The translations under genes were made by a program, and so were the position numbers. Positions 40,533-50,027 of a stretch of DNA of 64,000 bases are shown piece by piece; position 1 is the stretch's first letter; each line of letters opens with the position of its first letter. The stretch spans positions 3,168,001-3,232,000 of the forward strand of contig OY969811.1 of NCBI GenBank assembly GCA_963703315.1, read 5' to 3'. Source of the stretch: an uncultured cyanobacterium. GTDB taxonomy: Bacteria; Cyanobacteriota; Cyanobacteriia; Pseudanabaenales; Pseudanabaenaceae. The notes under the pieces were generated by a model. It did not search any database, was not told where the DNA came from, and saw nothing but the letters and a program-made list of their open reading frames with translations.

Positions 40533-42236
40533 CCCACATTCCGCTCGTAATGGAAGGAAAAAAACAATTACGAAACAGGAGCAGGGAGCAAATAGTAGCG
40601 TTGGCAGGAGGGAGAAAAGAAATTCAAAATGTGAAGGCGAAGCGGAGACAAATTTGCAACTTGAGTCAGGTTCTGAAAAGAAACTAAATGAACCGCCATA
40701 AAACATTGAAAAATCCAACGCAAAGTTGGCGAATTAGTGGGTTTACCCAATTGATTAGGAATAGTATCTTGAGCGATGGCTAAGGCAAGTCTGAGTTGAC
40801 GTTGGGCTAAATTATAAACGAGCAAGCACAGTGCCATAATCATGCCCAAAGCCTCAATGCGTTTAGCAGACTTGAGAAAAACACTCGAAGTAAAAAACAA
40901 AGGATCTTTGAGGAAACGAAAACCACGCTCAGTGCTCTGCTGAGCCTTGTATTCCCGTAAAGCATCATCAGCCGTGAATTGTAAGGAATCAAGAATATTC
41001 GTGGCTAAAATAAACCTGCCACAACGCTGTTGCTGAGCCAAGATTTCTGAGTCTATAGGAATCACCGTTGCAGTAATCCGATAACTAATGCTGGTGGGTA
41101 TAGCATCAGGTTGTGGCTTACCCCGTTTCGCATAATGTGGTTTTTCTACTGCCTGAATATGGTCGAGTTGATGCCATTTCATCTTGGTTGATAATTTTTC
41201 AGCAGCAGCGATCGCGTCAGCAGCACAGGCAAAATCTTGTCCCGCCAAAGTGTGTAAATCTTGATGACATTTTTGCTGGACTTGCTCAAGCTTTTTGTCT
41301 AACTTTTTGATGTCTGATTTACGTCTTGCTTGGCTATCAACTAAAATCCATCTCTGTCTTACACCACCATACTCACTCACAGTTTCGGCTGTCCTGTATC
41401 CCTTAAATTTACTTTCTTGTAGGTCAGTTGTGCTTGACACTAAGTCACTTGCAGTTTTGATGCTTAATGGCACTCGGGTTAGCCATTTTAGTCCTGTCAT
41501 TGCTACCAGATTTTCTTCACTGTATAGCGCTGCATCGCCTACGCATATTCCCTCAAATGTCCACTGGGTTTTGAATTCTTGTAATAGTCCTGCAAATCTT
41601 GCTTTGTCGGCTTGATTTCCACTTACCACTTCCATCATTACGGGAATGTCTCCATCTCCTACACAGATCAGGTTCATCATAAATTGCTTCAGGTCGGGGC
41701 GATGGTCGCGTGAATATCCGTGTGTGATTTCGATACTCCCTTCTTCCTCTCTGCCATATTCCCCATCTACGTGAAATGAGGTTGAGTCTATATGTCCTGT
41801 TTCTACCTTGACATCGTATTTCGCTACTGCTTTCAGGCTGATTCCTAAAAATGTCTCACTCAGTCCTGCTTCATGTAAGTCATCCAGTACTTTACCGATG
41901 CGGTCATCATTGATTTGTTCGGCTGTTATCCCTTCCCCCAATAAGTGCTCGGTTGCTTTTCCTTCAAAGAATTTACCAAACATATACAGGGGCGCTGATA
42001 CAAATCCTAATCCATTCAGGAGCATTGCTTTGACGATTACCCCTGCGCTTACTTTTTCTCTTGAGCTTCTCCCGATTATCGTGTTTATTTCTTCCACGAT
42101 TCCCATCTCGTCGATGATTCCTGCCACGATCCCTAGATGGTCTAGGTTCGTTACTTTCATCTCTGTATTAATATCTGCCTCCTCTTTTTGCCTTTTCTCT
42201 AATTATTTTACCCTTCCATTACGAGCGGAATGTGGG
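40533..42236 (-). mobile_element. IS1634-family insertion sequence (1704 bp)
   Basis: Perfect 25-bp IRs CCCACATTCCGCTCGTAATGGAAGG; 6-bp TSD TTTAAT at 40527-40532 and 42237-42242. Confidence 0.93.
40568..42160 (-). CDS. IS1634-family transposase
   Basis: NLDHLGIVAG, HIDSTSF, GYSRDHRPDLKQ, DAALY and ERGFRFLKDP motifs. Confidence 0.92.
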   Translation of the reverse strand: MKVTNLDHLGIVAGIIDEMGIVEEINTIIGRSSREKVSAGVIVKAMLLNGLGFVSAPLYMFGKFFEGKATEHLLGEGITAEQINDDRIGKVLDDLHEAGLSETFLGISLKAVAKYDVKVETGHIDSTSFHVDGEYGREEEGSIEITHGYSRDHRPDLKQFMMNLICVGDGDIPVMMEVVSGNQADKARFAGLLQEFKTQWTFEGICVGDAALYSEENLVAMTGLKWLTRVPLSIKTASDLVSSTTDLQESKFKGYRTAETVSEYGGVRQRWILVDSQARRKSDIKKLDKKLEQVQQKCHQDLHTLAGQDFACAADAIAAAEKLSTKMKWHQLDHIQAVEKPHYAKRGKPQPDAIPTSISYRITATVIPIDSEILAQQQRCGRFILATNILDSLQFTADDALREYKAQQSTERGFRFLKDPLFFTSSVFLKSAKRIEALGMIMALCLLVYNLAQRQLRLALAIAQDTIPNQLGKPTNSPTLRWIFQCFMAVHLVSFQNLTQVANLSPLRLHILNFFSPSCQRYYLLPAPVS

Positions 42237-42256
42237 TTTAATTTCACCTAGCTACT

Positions 42257-42403
42257 TAGAACTTACGCAACTCAACCAAGAACTAAAGTTCTTGGCTTAA
42301 AGCTAAAGTCAGCTAAAGCAGACTGAAGAATTACTATGATCAACCCGTTTCAACGGGTTTAAGCTTTCAGCCCGTAATTTATTACAGGGCTATTGCGTAA
42401 GTC
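42257..42403. repeat. MITE-like repeat with ACTTACGCA...TGCGTAAGT ends and internal hairpins
   Basis: Same terminal motif as 57337-57423 and 29539. Confidence 0.7.
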
Positions 42404-43964
42404 ATATTCTAAGCTGTGCTTGATGTGATAGAAAGGGCAGTAAATTTTGAGCAAGAGTGACAGGATCAACACCCATTTCTGTACGCTGATTTGCTAACCA
42501 TATTGCTGTTTGTGAATGCCAAACTGTAGCCGCGATCACGACATCCTTCGCCGCCATCCCTTGTGCTAACATTCCCCCAATCACCCCTGCTAAAACATCA
42601 CCACTACCGCCCCGCGCTAGAGCTGGTGTACTTTCTGGATTGATCCATATTTGTGATCCTGATGCTTGGGGGAAAGCGATCGCCGTTCTTACACCCTTCA
42701 ATAAGATGATTGATTTAGTCAGGTTTACGGCTGTTTGCAAAGCTTCTAATCGCTCAACATCGCGCAGGTCTGGAAATAACCGACAGAATTCCCCCCAGTG
42801 AGGAGTAAGAATCATGGCACTAGCGCGAGTATTTAATTGGTGAATTAAATACTCTTTTCCATAGGATGCAAGCGCATTTAATCCATCAGCATCAAGAATA
42901 AGTGGGCGATCGCTGTTAAGCACCTGTTCAACAATGGGAAATGCATCAACGGAGAGTCCACACCCACAGGCGATCGCTTGATATTTTTGTAAATCTAGAT
43001 TCGGTAATGAGGCGATCGCGCCCGATGTAGTTTCAGGACAACCGATGACTAGGGCATCAGGCACTTGCGAGAGAATTAGAGGCTGAAGAGAATTTGGCAC
43101 AGCGATCGATAACATCCCGATCCCCGTTGCCTTTGCACCCATTGCAGCTAGAAGTGCTGCACCACCATATTTTTGCGAACCAACCACCAAAAGTAAATGT
43201 CCAACTTCATACTTATGGGTGATTGGATGGCGACTAATGGGAAGGCGATCGCGCAGTACTTGCTGTGGATTAATGCGCCAGAGAGAATGACCCAGAGAAT
43301 GCTCTTGACCAAGTACTTGCAGAATAAATTGCTCAGGAATATCAAAATCGATTCTTTCAAGTTTGCCAATGTATGGCGTTGCTGATTCTGTGAGTAAACC
43401 ACGTTTCCATAAGCCTAAACAGAGGGTATTAGTTGCCCGAATTGCCGTTCCCATGACCATACCGCGATCGCTATGGATACCTGATGGCAAGTCAATACTG
43501 AGGACGGGGATCTGCCAATTATTGACTGTGTTGATGGCGATCGCTACGTCACCAGTGACATCACACTCTAATCCAAATCCAAAAATGCCATCAACAATGA
43601 GATCACAATCTTGTAATTCTTCTAGAGAAACAAAGGGAATTCCCAAGCTTTTCGCATAGCAACCATGAACTCGCGTTAAGGGCTTAGATTTGGGGAATGG
43701 TGTATAGATTTTAAGCTGTCGCCCCTGATGATGCAGTTCTCTTGCAACTACTAAGGCATCGCCACCATTATGTCCAGCTCCAACTAAAATTCCAACTCTT
43801 GGATAGTTATGAATAGGATAGAGTTCGATTAATTTTTGGGTAATCCGTAGAGCAACTTTCTCCATCAGAGCCGCAACTGGCATTCCTGCCTGAAAAATTA
43901 GACTTTCGATCGACTGCATTTGTGCTGCTGTCGCGATCGCTTGTGATGAAAGAGTATCAATCAT
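42402..43964 (-). CDS. nnr: Bifunctional NAD(P)H-hydrate repair enzyme (epimerase/dehydratase)
   Basis: GHNGGDALV, DLPSG, LDADGLN, LTPHWGEF and ARGGSGDVL motifs. Confidence 0.92.
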   Translation of the reverse strand: MIDTLSSQAIATAAQMQSIESLIFQAGMPVAALMEKVALRITQKLIELYPIHNYPRVGILVGAGHNGGDALVVARELHHQGRQLKIYTPFPKSKPLTRVHGCYAKSLGIPFVSLEELQDCDLIVDGIFGFGLECDVTGDVAIAINTVNNWQIPVLSIDLPSGIHSDRGMVMGTAIRATNTLCLGLWKRGLLTESATPYIGKLERIDFDIPEQFILQVLGQEHSLGHSLWRINPQQVLRDRLPISRHPITHKYEVGHLLLVVGSQKYGGAALLAAMGAKATGIGMLSIAVPNSLQPLILSQVPDALVIGCPETTSGAIASLPNLDLQKYQAIACGCGLSVDAFPIVEQVLNSDRPLILDADGLNALASYGKEYLIHQLNTRASAMILTPHWGEFCRLFPDLRDVERLEALQTAVNLTKSIILLKGVRTAIAFPQASGSQIWINPESTPALARGGSGDVLAGVIGGMLAQGMAAKDVVIAATVWHSQTAIWLANQRTEMGVDPVTLAQNLLPFLSHQAQLRI

Positions 43965-44161
43965 TTCTGTGCAAATATGTGCAAATATTTTAGGCGTTTC
44001 TGTAAATTGATGATGACGAACTCAGCCTAAAAGGGGTTGACTTTTACGGAAAAAAAAATAAAATAAAGCAAAGCTCGTATAATTTCCATGATACTGTAGG
44101 TTTTAGGAACACCTTCATTAGATGGGATAAATTATGCAAAGTTCTTAATTTCCCGATCCTA

Positions 44162-47095
44162 TTGAAGTATGCGTTAGTTGACTATTTACTTTACATCCTT
44201 TGGTTAGTGTTTATGTTAGCTTATTTCCCAACCAGCTTTTTGCCATCTTCTATCAATTCCTTCTTAGCCCCAATTGTAGAAGAAGTAAAAATCTCCTCAG
44301 ATCTAAATACTCTAAATACCTCTTATCAAGAGGCTGTCACATTTCTAACGCCAATTGTAGAAGAGGTCAAATCTACATCTGTAATCGATACTTCTTATCA
44401 AAATGTTATCGGATTGCTAGAGTCAAGCCCACTAGAACTACAACTTAAAGACAGCATCACACTCGCTTGTGTAAATTCATTAGACGTACTCACCTGTGCT
44501 AAGTTTTTAGAGAGCTATCCAATGCTCACACACTCATTCGTGAGTAATGCTATTCAAACTGTGGAACAGCTATTGACGATATTTGCCTTGTCTGAAGATA
44601 TATCTCAAAAGATTCGCCTAGCTCTTGGTGATTATGTTCTACTCAACCAGTCATCAATAGTTGACTTTAGTAGTATTCCTCAGATCCAGATTCGTCAGTT
44701 TACAGATCCAAATGGTGCTTTTTGGGAATTCTCTCCGCAGACAAACACCATCTATTTGTCCCAGACCTATCTTGAGCAGAATGCATCTAATCCTCAAGTG
44801 ATTATCAATGGCTTGATAGAAGAATTGAGCCACTTTATTAGTTCCCATGCGACTAATCCCAATCCACCTACCCCTCCCAATCCACCTACCATTGATTTAA
44901 CTCCACCCAACGCGATCGCCACCGCAACAGATATCACGACACTGGGAGGTAATACCTATGACTTCACAATCACTTACTCAGATAACGTAGCTGTAAATGC
45001 CGCCACTCTTGGTAGCGGAGATGTACTAGTAACTAGCTCTAATGGCTTTAATCAACTTGCCAGTCTAGTCAGTGTGAACTCCAACAATGATGGCTCCCCC
45101 ATTACTGCAACCTATCAAATTAACGCCCCTGGTGGTAACTGGGATCCAGCAGATAACGGTACTTATAGCCTGTCATTACAAACAAACCAAGTCAGTGACA
45201 CCAATGGCAACTTCACTGAGGCAGCTAATTTGGGTGGATTTGTGGCAAATGTACCACCAATTTCTGCTAGTGAACAGAACATCATCTTTCCATCTGATGC
45301 GGGTGTATTGAATGTTAAAGACTTTGGTGCAAAGGGAGATGGGATTACGGATGATACGGCGGCGATTCAAGCAGCCCTCAATGCCTATCCCAATGGCAAA
45401 CGGATTATTTATTTACCTAATGGAACTTATCTAATCTCGAACACTCTAACTTGGCCCGCAGGTACACCTGGTACAGGTAATGATTATAAGAACACCATTA
45501 TGCAAGGGCAGAGCCAAAGTGGTGTAACGATCAAGTTGAAAGATGGTGCTGCTAGCTTTGGCGACCCCAATAATCCCAAAACCATGATCTTCACAGGTCC
45601 CGCCCCTGCTCAACGGTTCGGCAACTCGATTCGCACCTTGACCGTTGATACAGGAATTGGCAATGCAGGAGCGATCGGCATCCAGTTCAATGCCAGCAAT
45701 CAAGGTTCAATGCGCCAAGTCACGATTCAGTCGGGCGATGGACAAGGAATTGTGGGACTTGATTTCGGCTCTACGGATGAAATTGGTCCACTCTTAGTCA
45801 AGGACGTTACGATTAAGGGATTTCAGTATGGCATTAGGAGTGGCTACACCGTCAATAGTCAGACCTTTGAAAATATTACGCTCCAGAACCAGAGTGTCTA
45901 TGGCTTTTTGAATTTCAGTCAGGTTGTTAATATTCGCAATTTGACTAGTACCAACGCGGTTACGGCGATTTATAACGGCGTTTTTGGATTAAGCCACATG
46001 ACACTACTTAATGCTTCACTGAATGGAATTAATGGTGCTAGTAGTCAGTCCGCCATTATCAATACAAGTACAAGTACATTGCTAGCCCGTGATCTTGTGA
46101 CCACAGGCTATCAGTCATCGATCGCCAGTGGCAGCACAATTATCACTGACTCATCGGTATCTGAGTTTGTGTCAAAACCTGTAACAAGTCTGTTTCCGTC
46201 ACCTGCCAAAACCTTAAATCTACCCGTTAAGGAAACTCCTGATGTGCCTTGGGACAATCTCAATGACTGGGCAAATGTTGTCTCCTTTGGTGCGATCCCT
46301 AATGATGGGTTAGATGATACTGCCGCCATTCAAGCAGCGATCGATTCGGGTAAAACGACCGTCTATCTTCCTGTTGGCAATTACAATCTTCAATCTACCG
46401 TCTTTATTCGCAATAACGCCCGCCGCATTATTGGTACTGAAGCGATCGTTGAAGTCCCCAACTCTGTCAGTCCAGGATTTAAGGTAGTGGATGGGACAAA
46501 TCCTGTCGTTGTCTTCGAGCGGATTGGCAGTGGCTATAACTCTACACCTACGATCGAGAATGCCTCTTCACGGACATTGGTAATTCGAGATGCTACGAAT
46601 GTCTCTGGAAACATGACAGGTTCTGGTGACGTATTTATTGAAAACGTGGTTTCTAATCCATTCTCAAGTTGGACATTTAATGGACAGAACGTGTGGGCGC
46701 GTCAGTTCAATGTCGAGAACCAAGGTACTCACATTACAAATAACGGTGCAAATTTGTGGATTTTTGGTTTGAAAACAGAACGAGGTGGCACTTTAATTGA
46801 TACTAAAAATGGCGGTAAAACCGAACTTCTGGGTGGCTTAGCTTATACAACAACGTCTGCTCCTGATGGAACTCAAAACGATCCCATGTTTATTAATAAT
46901 GAATCTTCAGTTTCAATTAGCCTTGCCGAGGTGAATTATGGCGCACCAGTTTATACAACCTATGTCCGTGAAATTAGAGGTGGTGTAACTAGCAATTTAT
47001 CTGGTAGCAGCTTGCCTGATTACTGGGGAAATGGCAATGATATTCCTCTCTATAGCGGGTTTCAAATGAGTGGTACACAACCGACAATGTTTTAA
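44162..47095 (+). CDS. Large putative secreted glycoside hydrolase with two pectate-lyase-3-type beta-helix modules (GH55/GH28-related) and an Ig-like domain; start uncertain (possibly ATG 44213)
   Basis: VKDFGAKGDGITDDTAAIQAAL..YLPNGTY and VVSFGAIPNDGLDDTAAIQAAI..YLPVGNY; Pro-rich linker. Confidence 0.75.
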   Translation: MKYALVDYLLYILWLVFMLAYFPTSFLPSSINSFLAPIVEEVKISSDLNTLNTSYQEAVTFLTPIVEEVKSTSVIDTSYQNVIGLLESSPLELQLKDSITLACVNSLDVLTCAKFLESYPMLTHSFVSNAIQTVEQLLTIFALSEDISQKIRLALGDYVLLNQSSIVDFSSIPQIQIRQFTDPNGAFWEFSPQTNTIYLSQTYLEQNASNPQVIINGLIEELSHFISSHATNPNPPTPPNPPTIDLTPPNAIATATDITTLGGNTYDFTITYSDNVAVNAATLGSGDVLVTSSNGFNQLASLVSVNSNNDGSPITATYQINAPGGNWDPADNGTYSLSLQTNQVSDTNGNFTEAANLGGFVANVPPISASEQNIIFPSDAGVLNVKDFGAKGDGITDDTAAIQAALNAYPNGKRIIYLPNGTYLISNTLTWPAGTPGTGNDYKNTIMQGQSQSGVTIKLKDGAASFGDPNNPKTMIFTGPAPAQRFGNSIRTLTVDTGIGNAGAIGIQFNASNQGSMRQVTIQSGDGQGIVGLDFGSTDEIGPLLVKDVTIKGFQYGIRSGYTVNSQTFENITLQNQSVYGFLNFSQVVNIRNLTSTNAVTAIYNGVFGLSHMTLLNASLNGINGASSQSAIINTSTSTLLARDLVTTGYQSSIASGSTIITDSSVSEFVSKPVTSLFPSPAKTLNLPVKETPDVPWDNLNDWANVVSFGAIPNDGLDDTAAIQAAIDSGKTTVYLPVGNYNLQSTVFIRNNARRIIGTEAIVEVPNSVSPGFKVVDGTNPVVVFERIGSGYNSTPTIENASSRTLVIRDATNVSGNMTGSGDVFIENVVSNPFSSWTFNGQNVWARQFNVENQGTHITNNGANLWIFGLKTERGGTLIDTKNGGKTELLGGLAYTTTSAPDGTQNDPMFINNESSVSISLAEVNYGAPVYTTYVREIRGGVTSNLSGSSLPDYWGNGNDIPLYSGFQMSGTQPTMF

Positions 47096-47156
47096 GAACT
47101 TTACGTTGTTTTTTATGGCGCGGCGAAGTCGCGCCATAAAAAATCTGATTCTATGC

Positions 47157-47190
47157 AAAAGAAAGAGGTACTTTGTGCCTCTTTCTTTTG
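47157..47190. terminator. Hairpin between convergent genes
   Basis: AAAAGAAAGAGGTAC-TTT-GTGCCTCTTTCTTTT; a second hairpin lies at 47109-47143. Confidence 0.65.
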
Positions 47191-47193
47191 CAC

Positions 47194-48492
47194 TTATACT
47201 GCTAGAGCAGGTGCTTTGGTCGTGAGATTAGGATAGTCGAGTTCAGGATAGAGAGGGAAGCGATCGCACAATGCTTGTACTCTCACAATGCAATCAGCTT
47301 GCACCGTATCACTGTCTGGACTTAGGAGGCGATCGGCAATGATATTCGCAATTTCGCGGAAATCGGCTTCCTTCAAACCGCGAGAAGTCATTGCAGGCGA
47401 ACCGAGGCGCAAACCACTGGTCACAAAAGGCGATTCGGGATCGAAGGGAACTGTATTTTTGTTAGCGGTAATATTAATGCCACTTACTAATAGATCAGCA
47501 ACCTTGCCAGTCATACCGATAGAGCGTAAATCTACTAGCAACAAGTGGTTGTCAGTACCATTGGAAACCAATTTCAAACCGCGCTCCTGTAATTGGGAAG
47601 CTAGGGCTTGGGAGTTAGCAATTACTTGTCCACAATAGGTCTTGAATTCAGGACGCAAGGCTTCTCCGAAGGCGACAGCTTTAGCCGCGATGACGTGTTC
47701 AAGAGGACCACCTTGAGAACCAGGGAAGACGGATTTATCAAACTTTTTACCGAGGGCGGCATCACGAGTCATGATCAAGCCACCACGAGGTCCCCGCAAG
47801 GTTTTGTGGGTGGTGGTGGTGACGACATCACAATAGGGGATCGGATTAGGATGGTGTCCCGAAGCTACTAAACCTGCAATGTGAGCGATATCTGCCATCA
47901 AGTATGCACCCACTTCATCAGCGATCGCCCTAAATTTAGCGAAATCAATAATCCGAGGATAGGCTGAGTAACCGCAAATAATTAATTTGGGTTTGTGTTG
48001 CAGAGCCAGATCGCGAATCAAATCAAAATCTAACTGCTCAGTTTCCTTATTTAAGCCGTAATGGACTTTGTTAAACCACATACCTGACACGTTGACAGGT
48101 GAACCATGTGTCAAATGTCCACCATGCGACAAGTCCATACCTAAGAAAGTATCCCCTGGTTTGAGCAGGGTTAGGAATACGGCAAAGTTAGCCTGTGCGC
48201 CAGAATGGGGCTGGACATTGGCATGGGCTGCACCGAATAATTCTTTGATGCGCTCAATGGCGATCGATTCGATTTCATCGACAAACTCACAACCACCGTA
48301 ATAGCGCTTGTTGGGTAAACCTTCGGCATATTTATTAGTTAATACTGATCCCTGCGCTGCCATCACGGCAAGGGAGGTAAAATTTTCGCTGGCAATTAAC
48401 TCAATATTGTTGCGCTGTCTTTCGATTTCTTTACCGATAAAACCTGCGACAAGAGGATCGGATGCGGCGAGGATGGGAAACAAGTTGGTCAT
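47194..48492 (-). CDS. glyA: Serine hydroxymethyltransferase
   Basis: LIASENF, NKYAEG, GGHLTHG and [14 protein letters not shown] motifs. Confidence 0.97.
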   Translation of the reverse strand: MTNLFPILAASDPLVAGFIGKEIERQRNNIELIASENFTSLAVMAAQGSVLTNKYAEGLPNKRYYGGCEFVDEIESIAIERIKELFGAAHANVQPHSGAQANFAVFLTLLKPGDTFLGMDLSHGGHLTHGSPVNVSGMWFNKVHYGLNKETEQLDFDLIRDLALQHKPKLIICGYSAYPRIIDFAKFRAIADEVGAYLMADIAHIAGLVASGHHPNPIPYCDVVTTTTHKTLRGPRGGLIMTRDAALGKKFDKSVFPGSQGGPLEHVIAAKAVAFGEALRPEFKTYCGQVIANSQALASQLQERGLKLVSNGTDNHLLLVDLRSIGMTGKVADLLVSGINITANKNTVPFDPESPFVTSGLRLGSPAMTSRGLKEADFREIANIIADRLLSPDSDTVQADCIVRVQALCDRFPLYPELDYPNLTTKAPALAV

Positions 48493-48640
48493 TTTGCTAA
48501 GCTTCTGTGCTGATTGTCTGAAATTATTTTGGGAAAAAGCGGTGTTGGGTTAGCCTAAACGAAAACACCCATCAAATTATGCTAACACGCGGTGATAGGT
48601 AGCGCTTTACACTGAGTTAAAATCCATAGACAGACCAAAG

Positions 48641-48762
48641 TAAGTAGGTTGTTGGAATTAAAATGTAGGATGGGTTAGCGACAGCGTAACCCATCGTCTT
48701 TACCCATCTGATGCGTTACGTTACACTAACGCATCCTACAAATAATTAAGCCTTCCCACTTA
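48641..48762. repeat. REPIN-like element within TAAGTAG...ACTTA ends
   Basis: Homologous to 37781-37890 and 55012-55133. Confidence 0.8.
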
Positions 48763-48780
48763 GATACTCAAATAATCACA

Positions 48781-49878
48781 ATGCCCAAGCCGAAGACAAC
48801 TCTGATCCTCAATCCTAAACCCCAATCCCAAATTACCCTCACGGAATATATCACCACGATCGCTTGGTCATCTGATAGCAAATATTTAGTAGCAGCTACA
48901 GCATCAGGGGAAATAGTCCTATTTGATGAGGCGATCGCAGGTCATAATTTGGTGCAGAAGCAGACTGAGTTACAAGCACCAACGGAGATTGCGGTGGATT
49001 GTCTAGGGTTTTCGGCAGATGCTCAATGGCTGGCGGCAGGGGGACAGGATGGCAAGGTGCGTGTCTGGAAATTAGATGGTGAGCAAACGGCGATCGCGGC
49101 AACTCTTGATCTGGGTAAGTCATGGATTGAGCATCTCGTTTGGCATCCTAGCCGTCCCGAATTTGCATTTAGCTTCGGCAAATATGTGCAGATCTGGAGC
49201 GCGGAGACTCTGGACATTGTGACGACTTTGCATTTTGAACAATCGACTGTACTCGCGATCTCATGGCATCCAAGCGGTGAATATCTCTCAGTTGGTGGCG
49301 ATGGTGGGCTTAAAGTATGGGCAGCAAAAGATTGGTACGAAGATCCAATTGTGTTTGCTATGCCTACAGCTACTGCCAAAATCTTGTGGAATCACTCAGG
49401 TGAATATCTCGTCGCAAGCACCCTTGATAACCTCGTTGTAGTGATGCAATGGCTAGGCAATGATTTTGATGCTTCACCTTGGCGGATGCAGGGCTTTCCG
49501 GGCAAGATTCGCTCCTTTGATTGGTCAGCTAGCAAGACTGCACCGTTACTCTCTTCTTCCAGTGGTTCCGATGTGGTGGTGTGGGAAAAACACGCGGATT
49601 TGAATGTGGGTTGGGAAGGAGAAGTGATCAAGGGACATAACAGTATTGTGGGCTTTGTCGCCTTTAAGCCGAAATCAGAAGTACTCGCTTCCGCCGATGA
49701 AAATGGCAGGATTGCCATCTGGAAAAATGCGAGGGATTGGGTGCAAGCTCTGGAAACGCCGATGGGTGAAATTACCGCGTTGCAATGGCAACCACAGGGC
49801 AGAAAGTTAGCTGCTGCTAATGCTGATGGAGAACTAATGCTATGGACTGAATCCTCACAGGGCAAAGGTTTCCGTTAA
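48781..49878 (+). CDS. WD40-repeat protein
   Basis: Repeated W(S/H)xxG..L(A/V)xGGxDG.V.VW units. Confidence 0.88.
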   Translation: MPKPKTTLILNPKPQSQITLTEYITTIAWSSDSKYLVAATASGEIVLFDEAIAGHNLVQKQTELQAPTEIAVDCLGFSADAQWLAAGGQDGKVRVWKLDGEQTAIAATLDLGKSWIEHLVWHPSRPEFAFSFGKYVQIWSAETLDIVTTLHFEQSTVLAISWHPSGEYLSVGGDGGLKVWAAKDWYEDPIVFAMPTATAKILWNHSGEYLVASTLDNLVVVMQWLGNDFDASPWRMQGFPGKIRSFDWSASKTAPLLSSSSGSDVVVWEKHADLNVGWEGEVIKGHNSIVGFVAFKPKSEVLASADENGRIAIWKNARDWVQALETPMGEITALQWQPQGRKLAAANADGELMLWTESSQGKGFR

Positions 49879-49900
49879 CGTTACGTGGAAGTTTTTAAGA

Positions 49901-50000
49901 CCCTCACCCCTAGCCCCTCTCCCAGAAAGGGAGAAGGGGAACAAGAACAATCTCTTACTCCCCTTCTCCCTTTCTGGGAGAAGGGGTTGGGGGATGAGGG
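49901..50000. repeat. CCCTCACCCC...GGGGATGAGGG nested-hairpin repeat
   Basis: Two inverted GC-rich hairpin units between convergent genes. Confidence 0.75.
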
Positions 50001-50027
50001 CAATTTGGATTGTGCATAAGTTCTCTT

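Noticed and set aside
48493..48640. Riboswitch upstream of glyA
   Set aside because: I could not recognise glycine, THF or ZTP aptamer motifs; an Rfam/Infernal scan would be decisive.
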